DNA from: Parasitella parasitica NRRL 2501
Lineage: Eukaryota > Fungi > Mucoromycota
Assembly (NCBI GenBank): GCA_025201805.1
Contig: MU619356.1
Coordinates: 58,883 to 100,038, forward strand
DNA: 41,156 bases
Reading direction: 5' to 3'
The first letter of the stretch is position 1, and each line of letters starts with the position of its first letter. A program made the translations under genes and the position numbers. The notes under the pieces are model-generated. The model ran no database searches, had not been told where the DNA came from, and saw nothing but the letters and a program-made list of their open reading frames with translations. Shown one piece after another: positions 26,867 through 39,780 of the stretch.

Positions 26867-28965
26867 TCACTTCACTTCACGAGGAGCTAACCTCACTTTG
26901 AAAGGCAACGGTTTCGCTACGATTCCATAGTCCTCGAAATCGTTTAAATCAATAAAGACTGGAGTTCCTGATGCATCTATTTCTGGCTCAATCTTAAACC
27001 TTGTAAACAATCGCACATAAATATTGAATATCTCGACTTCAGCCTATATCAATTGTATACATATTTATATATATATTTAGTGACGAAAGAGAGCATTTGT
27101 GGAAGTTTCTACTCACCAAATGTATTCCAGGGCAAATTCGCTTGCCCCAACCAAACCCAAAATGATCTCTTTCGGATGGCTTACAGTGGGCTGCTTTTGA
27201 CATGCGTTGCGTATTGCTCATGAATCTATCAGGGTTAAATACTTCTGGTTGATCATAGAAATTGGGGTTCATATGCATAGCTGCCATGCTACTAACGAGT
27301 ATAGCACCTTTTGGAATGACATAATTTCCTACAATAACTATATGCATAGAATCGTTAATTCAATAGACAAATTTTGCAAATCTAACCCATAAATTTACTA
27401 TCTTCGGAGGCTGAATGAGGAATACCAAAGTTTGTTGTTGGTCGAAAACGCATAATTTCCTTTTGGACACACATGGTGTATGGAAATTCATCCCGGTGCT
27501 CATTAAACTGAGGAAATTCATTTGTATTGCCATGCCTTTTTCTCCAGTCGTCTAATTCTTGTATAACTCTTTCCTGAACATCCATTTTTTGTGATAAAAT
27601 GGCAAATGTCCAATACAAAGACACTGCAATTGTATCTGCTCCTGCCCCGATAAAATCGCCTATTAATGGATCAGAAATTTGCCCTTCAAATGCTACTAAC
27701 CCTTATATTTACTCATGAACACTAAAATGTCATCCTCATCCAACTTCATTTCATCCATCATTTGGTATAAATTCTTTACCAAGCATTCCGCATCTCCGTT
27801 TAATGCATTGGATACTAATTTCTCATAGACTACATCTCTATATTCGTGTACAAAATCCTCCATTTCTTTTTGTTTTCTCGTCACTGTATCTAACCACGCT
27901 GAACCAGGAAAAAACGAGCCAATGTCGCCTGCCATGCTAGCATATATCATAGAGCCATGTACGAATCGCGCAATTTTCTGAAATATTGGATCTGAGATAC
28001 TGTCAAATCTGATCGCTAAACACGTTGTAGTAATGATATTGAGTGAGCATAATTGCAAATTCTCGTACGGGTTGATGTAAGTTTGCTTTTCGTTGTCTTG
28101 AGCAATTCGCTCTATAAAAGAATCTGCTTCGAATTCTAAGATTTCACCAAATCGATCAACAGATTTAGGGCTGAGAACGGCTGTGGCTGGTTTTAATATG
28201 GTTAGTGTTTTTCTGTCATTTACCATAGTAATGCAAATCGGTCTCTCATACCAGCTTTTCGTTCACATTTCCATTTAGGGCTATAGCTTGTAAAAATAAT
28301 GCCTCTACGAATTTACGGTTAATTATGCAAACTTTTTGATATTGGTTGCGACTCTTTACTTGTTGTTTCGACCATAAATCTTTACTGCAAATGTATGATA
28401 TGGCCGGGATGACGACTTACTGCCTTGTCTGACGAAAATCTCATGAGCAATGGTTGGGTCTGCTATCATTATCCAAATCTGATTTCCCAACTGCAGTTGG
28501 TATAACGGCCCTGATTTTTGTTGATAAATTAAAAACCCAAATAAATCTGATTTGCTTTATACCTATTTCTTTGTGCCATATTGAAACTTGTTTTGAAGGC
28601 ACCTTGCCTAGCGATAGTAGGTGCCCTGTGTTTGCAAAAAAAAAAAAAAAATTAAGAAACCCTTCAATTTACTCGATTCGAACCAGCTATCTCTTTAATC
28701 CCTTCTTCCTCTCTCCAATCCAACCTTAAAATCCCCTCCCCCTCCCTTTCCCCCTCCCCCTCCTTCTATATTTACCTATAATTGGAAACTTGTTTGGTGG
28801 AGACGGTATTTGCTCTGTACGGTTGCCCTTGTAGTTTCTTAAGAATGAAATTTTTGTTTGCTTCTTTTTTAGATAATAAGCAGCAGCAGCAGACGACATC
28901 AAAGTAAAACAGCTGAGTAACGGGAAGAGATAATGAGTTCGACAGATCTTCAAATCATCCAACAT
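26867..28965 (-). CDS. Cytochrome P450 monooxygenase (multi-exon, about 8 exons)
   Basis: N-terminal membrane anchor, PSPPNKFPIIG hinge, I-helix GAGADT, ExxR (EIMR), FNPDRF and heme motif FGWGKRICPG. Stop TGA at 26869-26867. Family not assignable by eye. Confidence 0.93.
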
Positions 28966-30339
28966 GGTGTTTTTTCAGATGAACAAAAAGAAAAAAAAAA
29001 GAAGAAGAGCGAAAAAAAAATCGATTGACAAAATAAACACGTCGGTGGCATCTCCTCCTTCCCCCCCCCCCCTAAACAGTTGCTGATTTTTAGTTGGATT
29101 AATTGAGAGTAACATATAAATCACAATAACATTGTGAGTAACATATAAATCATAATAAGACTGTGGAAGAAATGGCATCTTTAGTGTGACATGATCACTC
29201 TTTTTTTTTTTTTTTTTTTTTTACGAGATATTACATGCCCCTCATCATTGATGACAACTGCTAGGAGTTGATGCTGAACATGCTACATTTTCGTGTTACA
29301 TTAGAGTTTATGTAGTGACCTTGCAAGCGTTATAATTGGATTGCGCTATTCATCAAGTTGGTTGCTGTGAAAATCCATCCGTGCGTAAAAATGCAACCAA
29401 GCTCGCCTATCATTGCGAGCATCCCGAGACAGCAGATCTTGGTATGGAGCTACATGCAAAAAGGGAAAGTTGTATTTCTGGATCTTCGTATTATATACAC
29501 GATTTGTTGCTATGCTAAAACGAATAACCCATAAACTTGTATCTTGGTTTCTCTGCAATTAATTGATACAGTAATCGTTTTACGATGGATGCGTCGAGAT
29601 ACAACCTTTTCTTACAATGCTTGTTTTTAATTTACCACATATCATTTAATTTGTTTTTACCCTACATTTCTTTTCTTTCGCTTTTCCTCGTTGCTCCTTT
29701 GCTGCTTCCAAGCGTTTATTATCATTACAGAGATCTTTTGCTTATCCTAAAACCTTCCTTTTTACTATCAATTAATATTTATGAAATATACTTTTGTTTC
29801 AGCATTATTTGCAAGTAGTTGGCATACAGCTCGAGCTTTTGTGAGGCTTCAGTAAGGCAGCTCGCAGGTTGGGGGAAAAAACCACGGATTTTTGTTACGA
29901 ATAAAGTTCTCGTACGGAATGCTTCGAACTGACGCTCTTGTCTTGATGTAATCTATAAATTTTACGACCTGGATTCAGATGTCATCTCAGCTACACTTCA
30001 AATAAGTCTAAATATTAAACATGTCTTTAGTCAGTGTCATTTTGATCCATTGTATTGAATATATGTAGCCTACCATCTTTTGCTTTTGGCGGATATCTTT
30101 TCTTGATTTAAAAGAGTCTTTCTGAAAACTGGTGGAAAATGTTGGCGAGAATTGTAGCTTCTATTCATTCGTGCATTTCTGTAATAGATATCTAATGATA
30201 TAGATTTATTATATTAAATGTTCACATGTATAAATAGATATCTGTCATATCTATTACGCTCAATAATCTGCAGTAAACACCATTGATTAAAAATGTTTGA
30301 TATTTGCTTTAATGTTTTCCAAATGTCATTTAACCAGAC

Positions 30340-31400
30340 ACTCCCTGGGCTAGTCTAAATCACGTTCAGCCACACTAAGCTTGACTTCCCCACTTCAAGC
30401 TTACTACAAAGCTCGGCTACACAGGATAAGCTTCTTACGCAAAAAATCATGACCTGAAGTCATCTCAGGAGGTTCCCACAAGAACTCGAGTGTCACGTCC
30501 AAGCTTCCCTTCAATCAGCATCATATTGTTGAACTAGATCAACTCACCTACGCAATCAATTATTTTGCGAACAAATTAACTCGTCCCTTTTTGATGGGCA
30601 CAGTTGCTCACTCTATTGGCATTGAAATATCTCAGAATTTGGACAGCAAGAATGTCTTTAACTCTGATGTGATTGAAGATTAGCCGTTGAGGATAGCCAT
30701 AATTAGCTTCAACTATGATGCCATGGATTGGTCTTACTACCCGATAAATTTTTCTCGCAAATTGTTTGATATACAGAATAATGTTCTAGTTTTGGCAACA
30801 TGGGCTGCAATGCTCTCGTATTGCAGATACTGTCATTCCATGGATTATGCTCTCGTAGACTGTGCTCTCCAAAAGAAATCCACCATAAAGAACAAATGGA
30901 CCATATCACTAATATCGATACGATTTCTTCGTCTAATCCCAATACGGCTTACTTGCTCAGTCTTACATTACGAACACTAATCAAGATCTCTGCCTTTGTC
31001 CAATAAAGCAATCTTTTGAATTCTCTGTTTATTTCAATTTTGCAAAATGGTACTTGGCACTGGGTAAACTGAATTGTCTCAAGCTATTATCTTTCTGCCA
31101 GTAGATGATCATACTGTGGTCCATACCACGTTGTTTATTTCGTTTATCAATATATATGTTTTTCCAACGGCACTGGGCATCATTGAACTGAATTCTCTAC
31201 AAAATCATATCGCTCTTTGTGCTGGCCCAGGGCAACTGATCCTCCGTCACAAAATTCCTTGCGAATTGCTATTACACTGTTTTATTTCTGCCTTCTTTCT
31301 GTCTCCTGCTTGCGCCCTCTGCTCTCATTTCAATCACACACACTGGGTCATTTTCATTTCTCGCGTCCCATCAAACTGCTAGTGTCATGCGTGGACTAAA
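30340..31400 (+). pseudogene. Highly decayed non-LTR (L1-like) retrotransposon 3' fragment
   Basis: Pyrimidine-rich broken frames ending in CALCSHFNHT..GHFHF, resembling the C-terminal CCHC zinc knuckle. A similar motif occurs at ~33980. Boundaries approximate. Confidence 0.35.
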
Positions 31401-31626
31401 ATATAAAGACTGCCAGAGAAAGCGATTAGCAGCACAACAGCTAAGCTTTGCAAGTAATATTTACTGTATGTTGTAATGAAGACTACCAAGTATTTAGCAC
31501 TGATACACATGTGATGGTATACATTTCGCGATTTATACTAAACAATACCGTATAGCGTCTACAACGTAAGCCATGTAGAGCAGCAGAAGCAAGTGCTGCA
31601 AGTTATCATTATCGAATGTAAAAAAG

Positions 31627-31780
31627 TAGGTTCCCAAATAAATTTGGGTTCCCAGCTAAATGGGAACCTGATCGGATATTAGCCAATAAGCTGCTTGATA
31701 ACAAAAGTTATTTGAACAACTAGGTTCCCACTGTAAACTCGAGTTATTTGACAATCAGGTTCCCACTATAAAAACTCTTG
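31627..31780. repeat. Cluster of GGTTCCCA motifs including a ~35-bp tandem duplication
   Basis: Four direct copies and one inverted copy (TGGGAACC). GTTATTTGA(A)CAA..AGGTTCCCACT(G/A)TAAA(AA)CTC occurs twice. Confidence 0.7.
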
Positions 31781-32639
31781 TAATTTGGACTCAGAGTGTT
31801 CGCCAAACAAACTGAATGGCTTGATCATAGCACATTAGCAACAATAAAAACATATTGAGAATCCAAAAAAAGTTGCGCTGTATATTATATATAATACCCT
31901 ATCCGATGCTTGCTTCGTTTTTCATATATTCCCTGGTCCCTTTGTTTTTGCCAAGAGGTATTTACACCATTTATGTAACTTGCAGCAGTAATGATGAAAA
32001 CTTGTGATGTCGCATTACATCTCGCTAGTAATTCCTTATATTTTACCTCAAAGTTTTTGTATGAAATCCAAAGAATAGATTTATTATATCTGATAGCACA
32101 GTGAGCTATCTACGACAGAAGCTTTATATTCTCATTAGGTAGTTGCGATATAACAGCATTATCGAAATAAATGGAGAGCCTGGCTTCGTATGTCGTGCAC
32201 GTCTTCGTCGCAACGAAAATCCATTATCTCCATTTGGCAAGAAACGTGCAGTTTCTCAGGGGACCTCAGAAAAGTGTGGCATCCTACACCATCTATTTTG
32301 TTAAACTGAACATTGGATCTCTCAACTGTTGAGACCTAGTGGAGACAGCTGCGTCTATCGCTCTTAGTCAATTTATTCGATATTTTAAGGACTCGTTCTC
32401 TCGGTTCGCTCTAACTTGAAAAAACGCATGCTCTTTGTACTTATGATAACACATACTTTTGACGCATCTGAATTGTTTTATATCATAACGATCGTGTACT
32501 TTGCTGCCTTCTGATCTGAACGATATGCCTTTTTTCTGCCATGCTCACAGGCTGTAACTTTGTATTTTCTTAGTCTCGTTTACGCCCAATCATTTTCGGT
32601 GATTTCAATTACATCTACTCAAATGCATTAACGTATTGA

Positions 32640-34330
32640 AATTGTCAGGCTCCTCTGTCTTGGCCAAAGTCTATTGATAAATACTTTGTCAATGGCTTCA
32701 CGCCATCACTTACTACCTTCCAACTTGGAGTTTCTCAATCCTGCATCGCTTACATTCTGCTATTAAATGATTTGGCCTCGTCTGTCGCCGTTGATAATTA
32801 CATTGATCAACACACTAACAGAGTTATTCACCCACATTTTCAGCGCTCGAATGATCGAAAAGAGCCTCATTCCTCATCAAGATATTTCAAACGGGCGATG
32901 TTTGTGGTCGCTTTATTACGAATAATAGTATGCTGGTGAAGCTCATCATGAAATACGCCAAAGTCACTCATTCATCCAGAATCAGCTTGTTTTCGAACCT
33001 ATGATTGTGCTCATCCTGATTGTCTCCGAGCTGTGCTCTTGCATTTTGGATTCCCTGTTGCCTTGTTCCACAGCATCTCGCACATCTTCTTCAATACTCA
33101 CATAGTCATTAATGATAATAGCTTCTTGTGTACTCCCGTTTCACGTCGTCGAGGCCTCAAGAAAGGTGATCCTATCAGCCCGATTTTGTTCAACTTGGCT
33201 TCCAAATCACTTTTGCGACGAATTATGCCTATTTTATACCTGACTTTTCTTCTTTCATCAACTTGTGCATCTTTTCACGAAATTTTCTCTTCATGCCAAT
33301 CTCACAAAGAAGTTCTTAAAACTCGTTACTCAGCTATCTCTAACTTTGTTTGTGCTTTCATTAACTCACATTTTCCTTCTTCCAGTTGATTTTCTTTTCT
33401 GCAGGTTGCGGATCATACTGTTGTCAATATCACACCTTTCATATAGGTCTCTCGATACATGGTCCTCAGAATCCTGCCGCAGTCTATGTAGGCCTTCTAT
33501 AGCTGATCTCTCTTTCCACGCTAATATCCAGGTCTCTTGGCTTGATTTCTGGTTACTGATTTATCAGAATGAGAAATTATTCAAATAAAACGGTTGTGAA
33601 TTAATCAGGTAAAGATCTCGTTTATTACATGGAAAAAATGATGGTTTATATACTAGTGAATCTAAGTGGACTGATGGGAGGATAAGATACAAGTGTGAGA
33701 CATGGTGAGTAATTTAGAGAATGGAACGATAGATCGTATCTATTATCCATGAACATGTCATGTTGAGTTATAAATAAGGAACATGATCCATTGGGATATG
33801 TTCCTGAATTGTGTTCAGGATTGACTTTACTTGAGTTTGACTTCCGGTTGGGAAATTGACACATCAGTTACTATCAATCTCCCACTCTCGTCACAATATT
33901 GGGCATCGCTTTCTCCATTGCAAAAGTCTCACAATTTGCTTCTACGTCATTTCGTTCCTGATTTCTTCCCATATCCCTCTTGTGCCCTCAGCTCTCATTC
34001 CAATGACAGTTTGGATCATTTCCTTCTCGTGTTTTACAAAATTATTACTTTGGCAAACAATTCAACAACACCACCTACTTTCATTTCTTTAACCTCCCTC
34101 GGAATTCGTCTCCTTTTCAATACCGTTTGCTTTCGCACTGATTTCAGTCGCTCAGCGCTCCTTGCCATTGTGGCCATTCTAGAGTCCATTTGGATACCTC
34201 ACTAGTCTCTCATCTTCTCTGTCCTTTCGTTCCTGGAACCAAAAAATGTCAGATATAAACAAAAGTCTTTTATCACAGCTTTCTTCTCGCTGGATTAGCA
34301 CTTTTTCTAGAGATCTCTATTCGCATCTTA
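32640..34330 (+). pseudogene. Decayed L1-like non-LTR retrotransposon (reverse transcriptase and zinc-knuckle remnants)
   Basis: GRFITNNSML..IM, YDCAHP, and RGLKKGDPISPILFNLA (cf. GLRQGDPLSPLLFNLA). Downstream CALSSHSNDSLDHF and AILESIW. Frameshifts and deletions, with an unrelated-looking insert near 33590-33800. Confidence 0.75.
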
Positions 34331-34944
34331 CCTACTTGACCATCCAAATAACCATAGAAAGAACAAAAACCAATTCAAACACCCTATTCCAAAATGCCAC
34401 GATGGCCCTAAATTCAAGCCTAAATTGAACTGAAATAGACCGAGCAAGGTCTCGATCGACTTGATCTTATTTAATTGGCATTCTGAAACCAATTGAGTGC
34501 TAAACCTTTTGGACATTGCTGCAGTATCAGCGGTTCAATATTGTTGTCTTCAGGAAATTTATGTGCTTCTGGAAATGTGTCTAGACGGTCTAATATCATA
34601 AAATATTTTTGCATTTACAAATACCCTTTGATACAAGCAACAGTGCAACAAAAGCATGCCGCAATTGATACAAATTCCTTTTCGCCATGCCAGATTTTGT
34701 TAGCTGGAGAAAAGCACCCATCGATAAAGTAAAATACAAAGTATATTCCTTAGAAAACTTATCTATTAGAACATCTTTAACTTAAAACTCTTACATGAAT
34801 TTCATGCTTCAACCCTTTACATATTATCTATCGCAAAACGTGATTTTTTAAAAATTGGGTTTCAATAAGCTGAGGAACCGACTGTAACACATGGAAAATA
34901 ATTAGCATTAACAACACACAAATATCATATAAACATCCTTGGGA

Positions 34945-35900
34945 AACCTGTCAATACGAGCAGAGAGAGAGAGAGAGTCATCAGCAGCAGTAGTGATCTG
35001 CCATAATGTAGGTTAGGAGATCATGATAGTGTACTTCAATTAACGATTGGAGATTGTCCAATGATGTATTGTTATACTTGTCGAAACAGGAGAATAAAGT
35101 CTTTGTTTCAAATCAGGAAGGTTATCTGTAACACAGATCTGTATGATTGACAAACAAACAATAAGGTACTGTCAGATCAAAGATCAATAGCCTTGTAGTA
35201 TAATAAGACATCGTACCCTGTTAAGGATATGATGTTGCATGCAAATTATTCTTATCGATTAGTATCGACTAGTATTTTAAATAAGTCACCAAAAATTTAT
35301 GTTGTTGTAAAAAGTATAAATAGCAGATGCAAAGTTGAATCTTTAATAAAGTAATCTCAAGTTTTCGTATCTCGCTAATTCAACGTTTTATATTATACTT
35401 TTCTTATTTCGATCTTGCAGATCTCAACAACGGCCTTATTAGATAATCAGGGACAGGCTAATAAAAGAAGATATGCAGAAGTTTATTTTAAACAAAGAGG
35501 CTATGATTTAATAAGAGAAGAGTGGAGAAAGATAAGAAAATTGCTAGTGATATTTAATAAGGAAATTTGATGAGGAGATCTGATGAAGAAAAATCTTCTT
35601 TGCTGGTCAAAATAGCCTCTATTTATACTTTTTTGCCAACTGTCTAGTTTACTGGAACGTGAACTAGACTATTTCTTACAGTGTGGATCAATTAGGTGAA
35701 TAGGTTATCGTAAATCAATGAGTTAATAGTGTATAATGTGGAAGAGTAAGACAAGAATGACAGCGCGGATCAGAGAGGCAAGAATGCAATGCGGATCGAT
35801 TATGGAAGAACGAGGTGATATATATATTTAGATCAAGATGTATAATTGGTTTAGCTTGAAGGCTTGACAGGTTCGTGACAGAAAGAGAGAGAGAGAGAGC
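34945..35900. mobile_element. Probable pair of oppositely oriented solo-LTR remnants
   Basis: Plus unit: TATAAATAG (~35315), AATAAA (~35345), end ...TCAACA (~35429). Minus unit: starts TGTCACG at 35880, TATAAATAG at ~35627. (GA)n tracts at both sides. No TSD found. Confidence 0.5.
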
Positions 35901-37613
35901 TGAGTATCATCCAGTTTTAGTAGTTTTGGGATCTTCTTTGTGGCATTGATATGAACAGAAAATTGTGTAGAAAGATGAGCAAGTTGATAAAAGAGGAAAA
36001 GCCAGGTATTAAATAGGCAGATTTGACAGGATTTGTCGCTAAAGTGGTTTGGAAATCAAGTTCAACAAAATCGGATTGATGGTTTTACCTTGCTTGATGG
36101 CCATAGAACAGGATTTGTGCATTCGTTTATCCCCTTAATTGTACGACTTTAATATCAAGCAAGAGCATTTTGTTTTTGGCAAAAGATGGCTACCAAGGGT
36201 TTTTATTCTTGCTAGATGTTTGAAAATTTAATGTCTGGTAAATTGTTTATTCAATTATATGGACCTGAATTGAGAAAATAAGAAATTGGCTATCTACTAG
36301 CTTTTGCTGATCTTGTTATAGATCCATGTGTTGAAAATACATATCGTTGTGTAGTTGCTACAGGACTAGGGAATAGGGCAAAAAACATGTAAACTCTGTA
36401 AGTCACTCTAAATTTAAGAGTACTAGGTAAATTCGTTATTATTCTAAGATACAATGTGCCAACGAATCTTTATTTTACTTGAAGATCAAGTAAGGGAAAC
36501 GAGCCGTTACTTCGGCAAACACTGCGTATATCAGTAGACTTTCGGAAATGACATTGTCAAATGTTGGGCTCATTAATCCTATAAACGGTATTCTTCTGTC
36601 GACAATATGCTAATAAATAAAATTTATCTATTAAAATAAGTCCATCTGCGATTTGAAACCAATAATGAATACGTGAAAAGCATTTATGAGAAATAAATAC
36701 AATACCAATATTAGAGTTCTTTTTTGATATTTTCCACAAACGTGCATAATGGCTCACACACAGGCTTTTCAAATATTAAGCAAGAGTAAGCATAATATTA
36801 TAAGCATATAGGCATGTTATGCAAAAACCACATATGAGCTTAACAATAAGCACATGTGCTGTTTTGTACATTTTTCACATTGTGCATGTAAATGTATTAT
36901 TAACCATATTCACTGTGCAAAATATCTAAGGCTTTAGTGATATGCTCACTTGGTAGCAATGTGCATACTATCTCGGCCGTAGTGGTTGCAAATATGGAAA
37001 GAGCTGCTTCAACCAGCAAGGCAAGAAACAATCATAGTTACAGGGACATTTTTCTGTTTTTCCAATACATAGCATTTTGTCATTACATAGTGTTTTGTCA
37101 ATTCGTAATGTTTTGTGACTTGATAAAAAAAACTAGTTCTTTACATTAAATAATAGGCCATGGACGGTCTCGTTGCTGAAATTGGAAATGGAAAATCGTC
37201 ACGTTTATATACCAACACGTCTACGCGCCCTAATACTACTTCTCATTACTTCTTCACATTAAAATTTTTACTTAAAACACTTGGTCTATATGATCCAATT
37301 ACCTTGTTCCCCGCACATAACGTGTAGGTATATTTGTATGACATGATACCTAAAACTAATATTTCTTTAGAGAAGCTAATACTTTCCATGGCTTCGTTCT
37401 GCTCTATTTAAAGGACAAGATTGACAAGATTTTATACGCACCAAATATGACGATGACTACCTCTCGACCTTAGATAATAACTGATCTCAGGACATAGTTC
37501 AACTGACGCCCGCGGTGAAATCTCCTGACGTTGATATGAATAAGGTGTACACATGTTTGAATGTATTCAACAAAAACACTAACTACCTCTTTACCTTAGA
37601 TAATAGCTTCCAC

Positions 37614-38070
37614 TGCACTCAAGACAGCGATCCAAGAACTATGCTGCACTCAAGACAGCAGCGCAAGAATTAGTTGCACTCAAGACAGTGGTGCAAGAAC
37701 TTACCACACTCAAGATAGCAGCGCAAGAATAAGCTGCATTCAAGACAGCGGCTCAAGATTATTGCTGCACTCAAGATAGTGGCTCAAGAATTTGTTAAAC
37801 TCAAGACTCAAGACTCAAGATAGCAGCGCAATAATAAGCTGCACTCAAGACAGTGGCTCAAGAACTTGCCACACTCAAGATAGCAGCGCAAGGCTTTGCT
37901 GCACTGAAGATATTGGCTCAAGAACTTGCCACACTCAAGACAGCAGCGCAAGTATTTGCTGCATTCAAGACTCAAGACAGTAGCGCAAGACTTTGCTGCA
38001 TTCAAGACAGTAGCTCAAGAATATGCTACACTCAAGATCGCAGTGCAAGAATTATGCTGCATTCAAGACA
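37614..38070. repeat. ~30-bp minisatellite array, about 14 units plus a partial unit
   Basis: Consensus approximately TGCACTCAAGAYAGYRGCKCAAGAAYTTGC, read unit by unit. Unit lengths 30, 31, 37 and 44 bp. Confidence 0.95.
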
Positions 38071-38954
38071 CCATTTTACTACAGTTCAACACTTATGCAG
38101 TTCTCAACACACCATTTTGCTGCGACTTTGGACTTTGGTTTGCCTAATTTTCATACAAAAAAACGATACTAAACACCTACTACACTTTATATCTATTTAG
38201 ACAATAGCTCCTATCAAGACATGCTTCGACTGCTGCCCATCACTCTCTCTCTCTGCTCGTATTTACAGGTATCCCTATATTTTTTACATCTTATTTTTAN
38301 NNNNNNNNNNNNNNNNNNNNNNNNNNNNNNNNNNNNNNNNNNNNNNNNNNNNNNNNNNNNNNNNNNNNNNNNNNNNNNNNNNNNNNNNNNNNNNNNNNNN
38401 NNNNNNNNNNNNNNNNNNNNNNNNNNNNNNNNNNNNNNNNNNNNNNNNNNNNNNNNNNNNNNNNNNNNNNNNNNNNNNNNNNNNNNNNNNNNNNNNNNNN
38501 NNNNNNNNNNNNNNNNNNNNNNNNNNNNNNNNNNNNNNNNNNNNNNNNNNNNNNNNNNNNNNNNNNNNNNNNNNNNNNNNNNNNNNNNNNNNNNNNNNNN
38601 NNNNNNNNNNNNNNNNNNNNNNNNNNNNNNNNNNNNNNNNNNNNNNNNNNNNNNNNNNNNNNNNNNNNNNNNNNNNNNNNNNNNNNNNNNNNNNNNNNNN
38701 NNNNNNNNNNNNNNNNNNNNNNNNNNNNNNNNNNNNNNNNNNNNNNNNNNNNNNNNNNNNNNNNNNNNNNNNNNNNNNNNNNNNNNNNNNNNNNNNNNNN
38801 NNNNNNNNNNNNNNNNNNNNNNNNNNNNNNNNNNNNNNNNNNNNNNNNNNNNNNNNNNNNNNNNNNNNNNNNNNNNNNNNNNNNNNNNNNNNNNNNNNNN
38901 NNNNNNNNNNNNNNNNNNNNNNNNNNNNNNNNNNNNNNNNNNNNNNNNNNNNNN

Positions 38955-39450
38955 GATTTGTAGTGTTGGGTCTCTTAGCGCCTCTTTCACTATCGCCATT
39001 GCCACGCTTTCGCTTATTGATTGAGTCTTTAGCAGTGTTATCATTTCGTGTCTGTCTTTTCTTTTCAAGCAGTTCATAATCCCTAATTTTTGCCCAATAC
39101 TTACGAATCGTTTCTGGGTTGTTGAATGATGCAGCAGTTTCCCAGGAGTTGGCAGTTTCACCAAATGTTTTCCATTTTACCAAATACTCTCTGTTGTGTT
39201 CAGGACCACGATGCGCTCTAATTTCATCAACCTCAAATACTTCTTGTTCAATAATAGACTCGTCAATAGCTACCAACTTCAATTCAGAAGGCACATAATC
39301 GCGATGTAGGAGCTCATTCATATCGTCTTTCAATACATATGTAGATCTCTTCTTTTGCACAACTTGATAAGGTCCATCATATGCGGCCTCAAGCTTGCTT
39401 GCTCTATGCGGCAGCTTTACCATAACCCAATCACTGGGCAGAAAGTCATA
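38955..39450 (-). mobile_element. Ty3/gypsy chromovirus fragment: integrase C-terminus (GPY/F) plus chromodomain
   Basis: SKLEAAYDGPYQVV, then FEVDEIRAHRG...REYLVKWKTFGETANSWETAASF. 5'-truncated near 39450; the 3' end runs into an N gap. Confidence 0.88.
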
Positions 39451-39699
39451 ATTAGCATATAGTTCCTGACTTAAATTATTTTGTAATTATTTGGCAAAAA
39501 AAAAATGCGGAATTCTATTTAAGATTTGTGAATTTGAAAAGGAGAAGCCAATTATAATGCTCAAATACGTAATTGGAATGGCGAATAAACTTGAGATAAA
39601 GTAAAATGCTCATTAATTTCATGATAATCAATGCTTATTATTATTTGTATAAATTAATTTAACTATAAAAATAAAAAAAAGGGTATTAATTTAGTAAAG

Positions 39700-39780
39700 C
39701 TCTTCGTAGCGCAGTGGTTAAAGCGCTGTTTTATTTTTATTTTTTGTATTCCGCCGTGAGTTCGACTCTTGCCCCCGACA
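39700..39780 (+). pseudogene. tRNA-like pseudogene or tRNA-derived (SINE-head-like) element
   Basis: A box and D arm TAGCGCAGTGGTTAAAGCGC; B box and T arm GTGAGTTCGACTCTT; 3' CCCCCGACA followed by a T run. The anticodon arm is replaced by T-rich sequence and the 5' acceptor strand does not pair. Confidence 0.6.

Noticed and set aside
4999-28965. Functional gene cluster (KGD1-TAP42-APT1-DCAF7-KAP104-P450)
   Set aside because: Unrelated housekeeping functions. The lone P450 has no backbone synthase, transporter or regulator nearby.
37614-38070. CRISPR-like appearance of the regular array
   Set aside because: The variable parts are short and homologous to each other rather than unique spacers, there are no cas genes, and the context is eukaryotic.
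39700-39780. Functional tRNA gene
   Set aside because: No anticodon stem-loop, unpaired acceptor stem and internal Pol III terminator runs.
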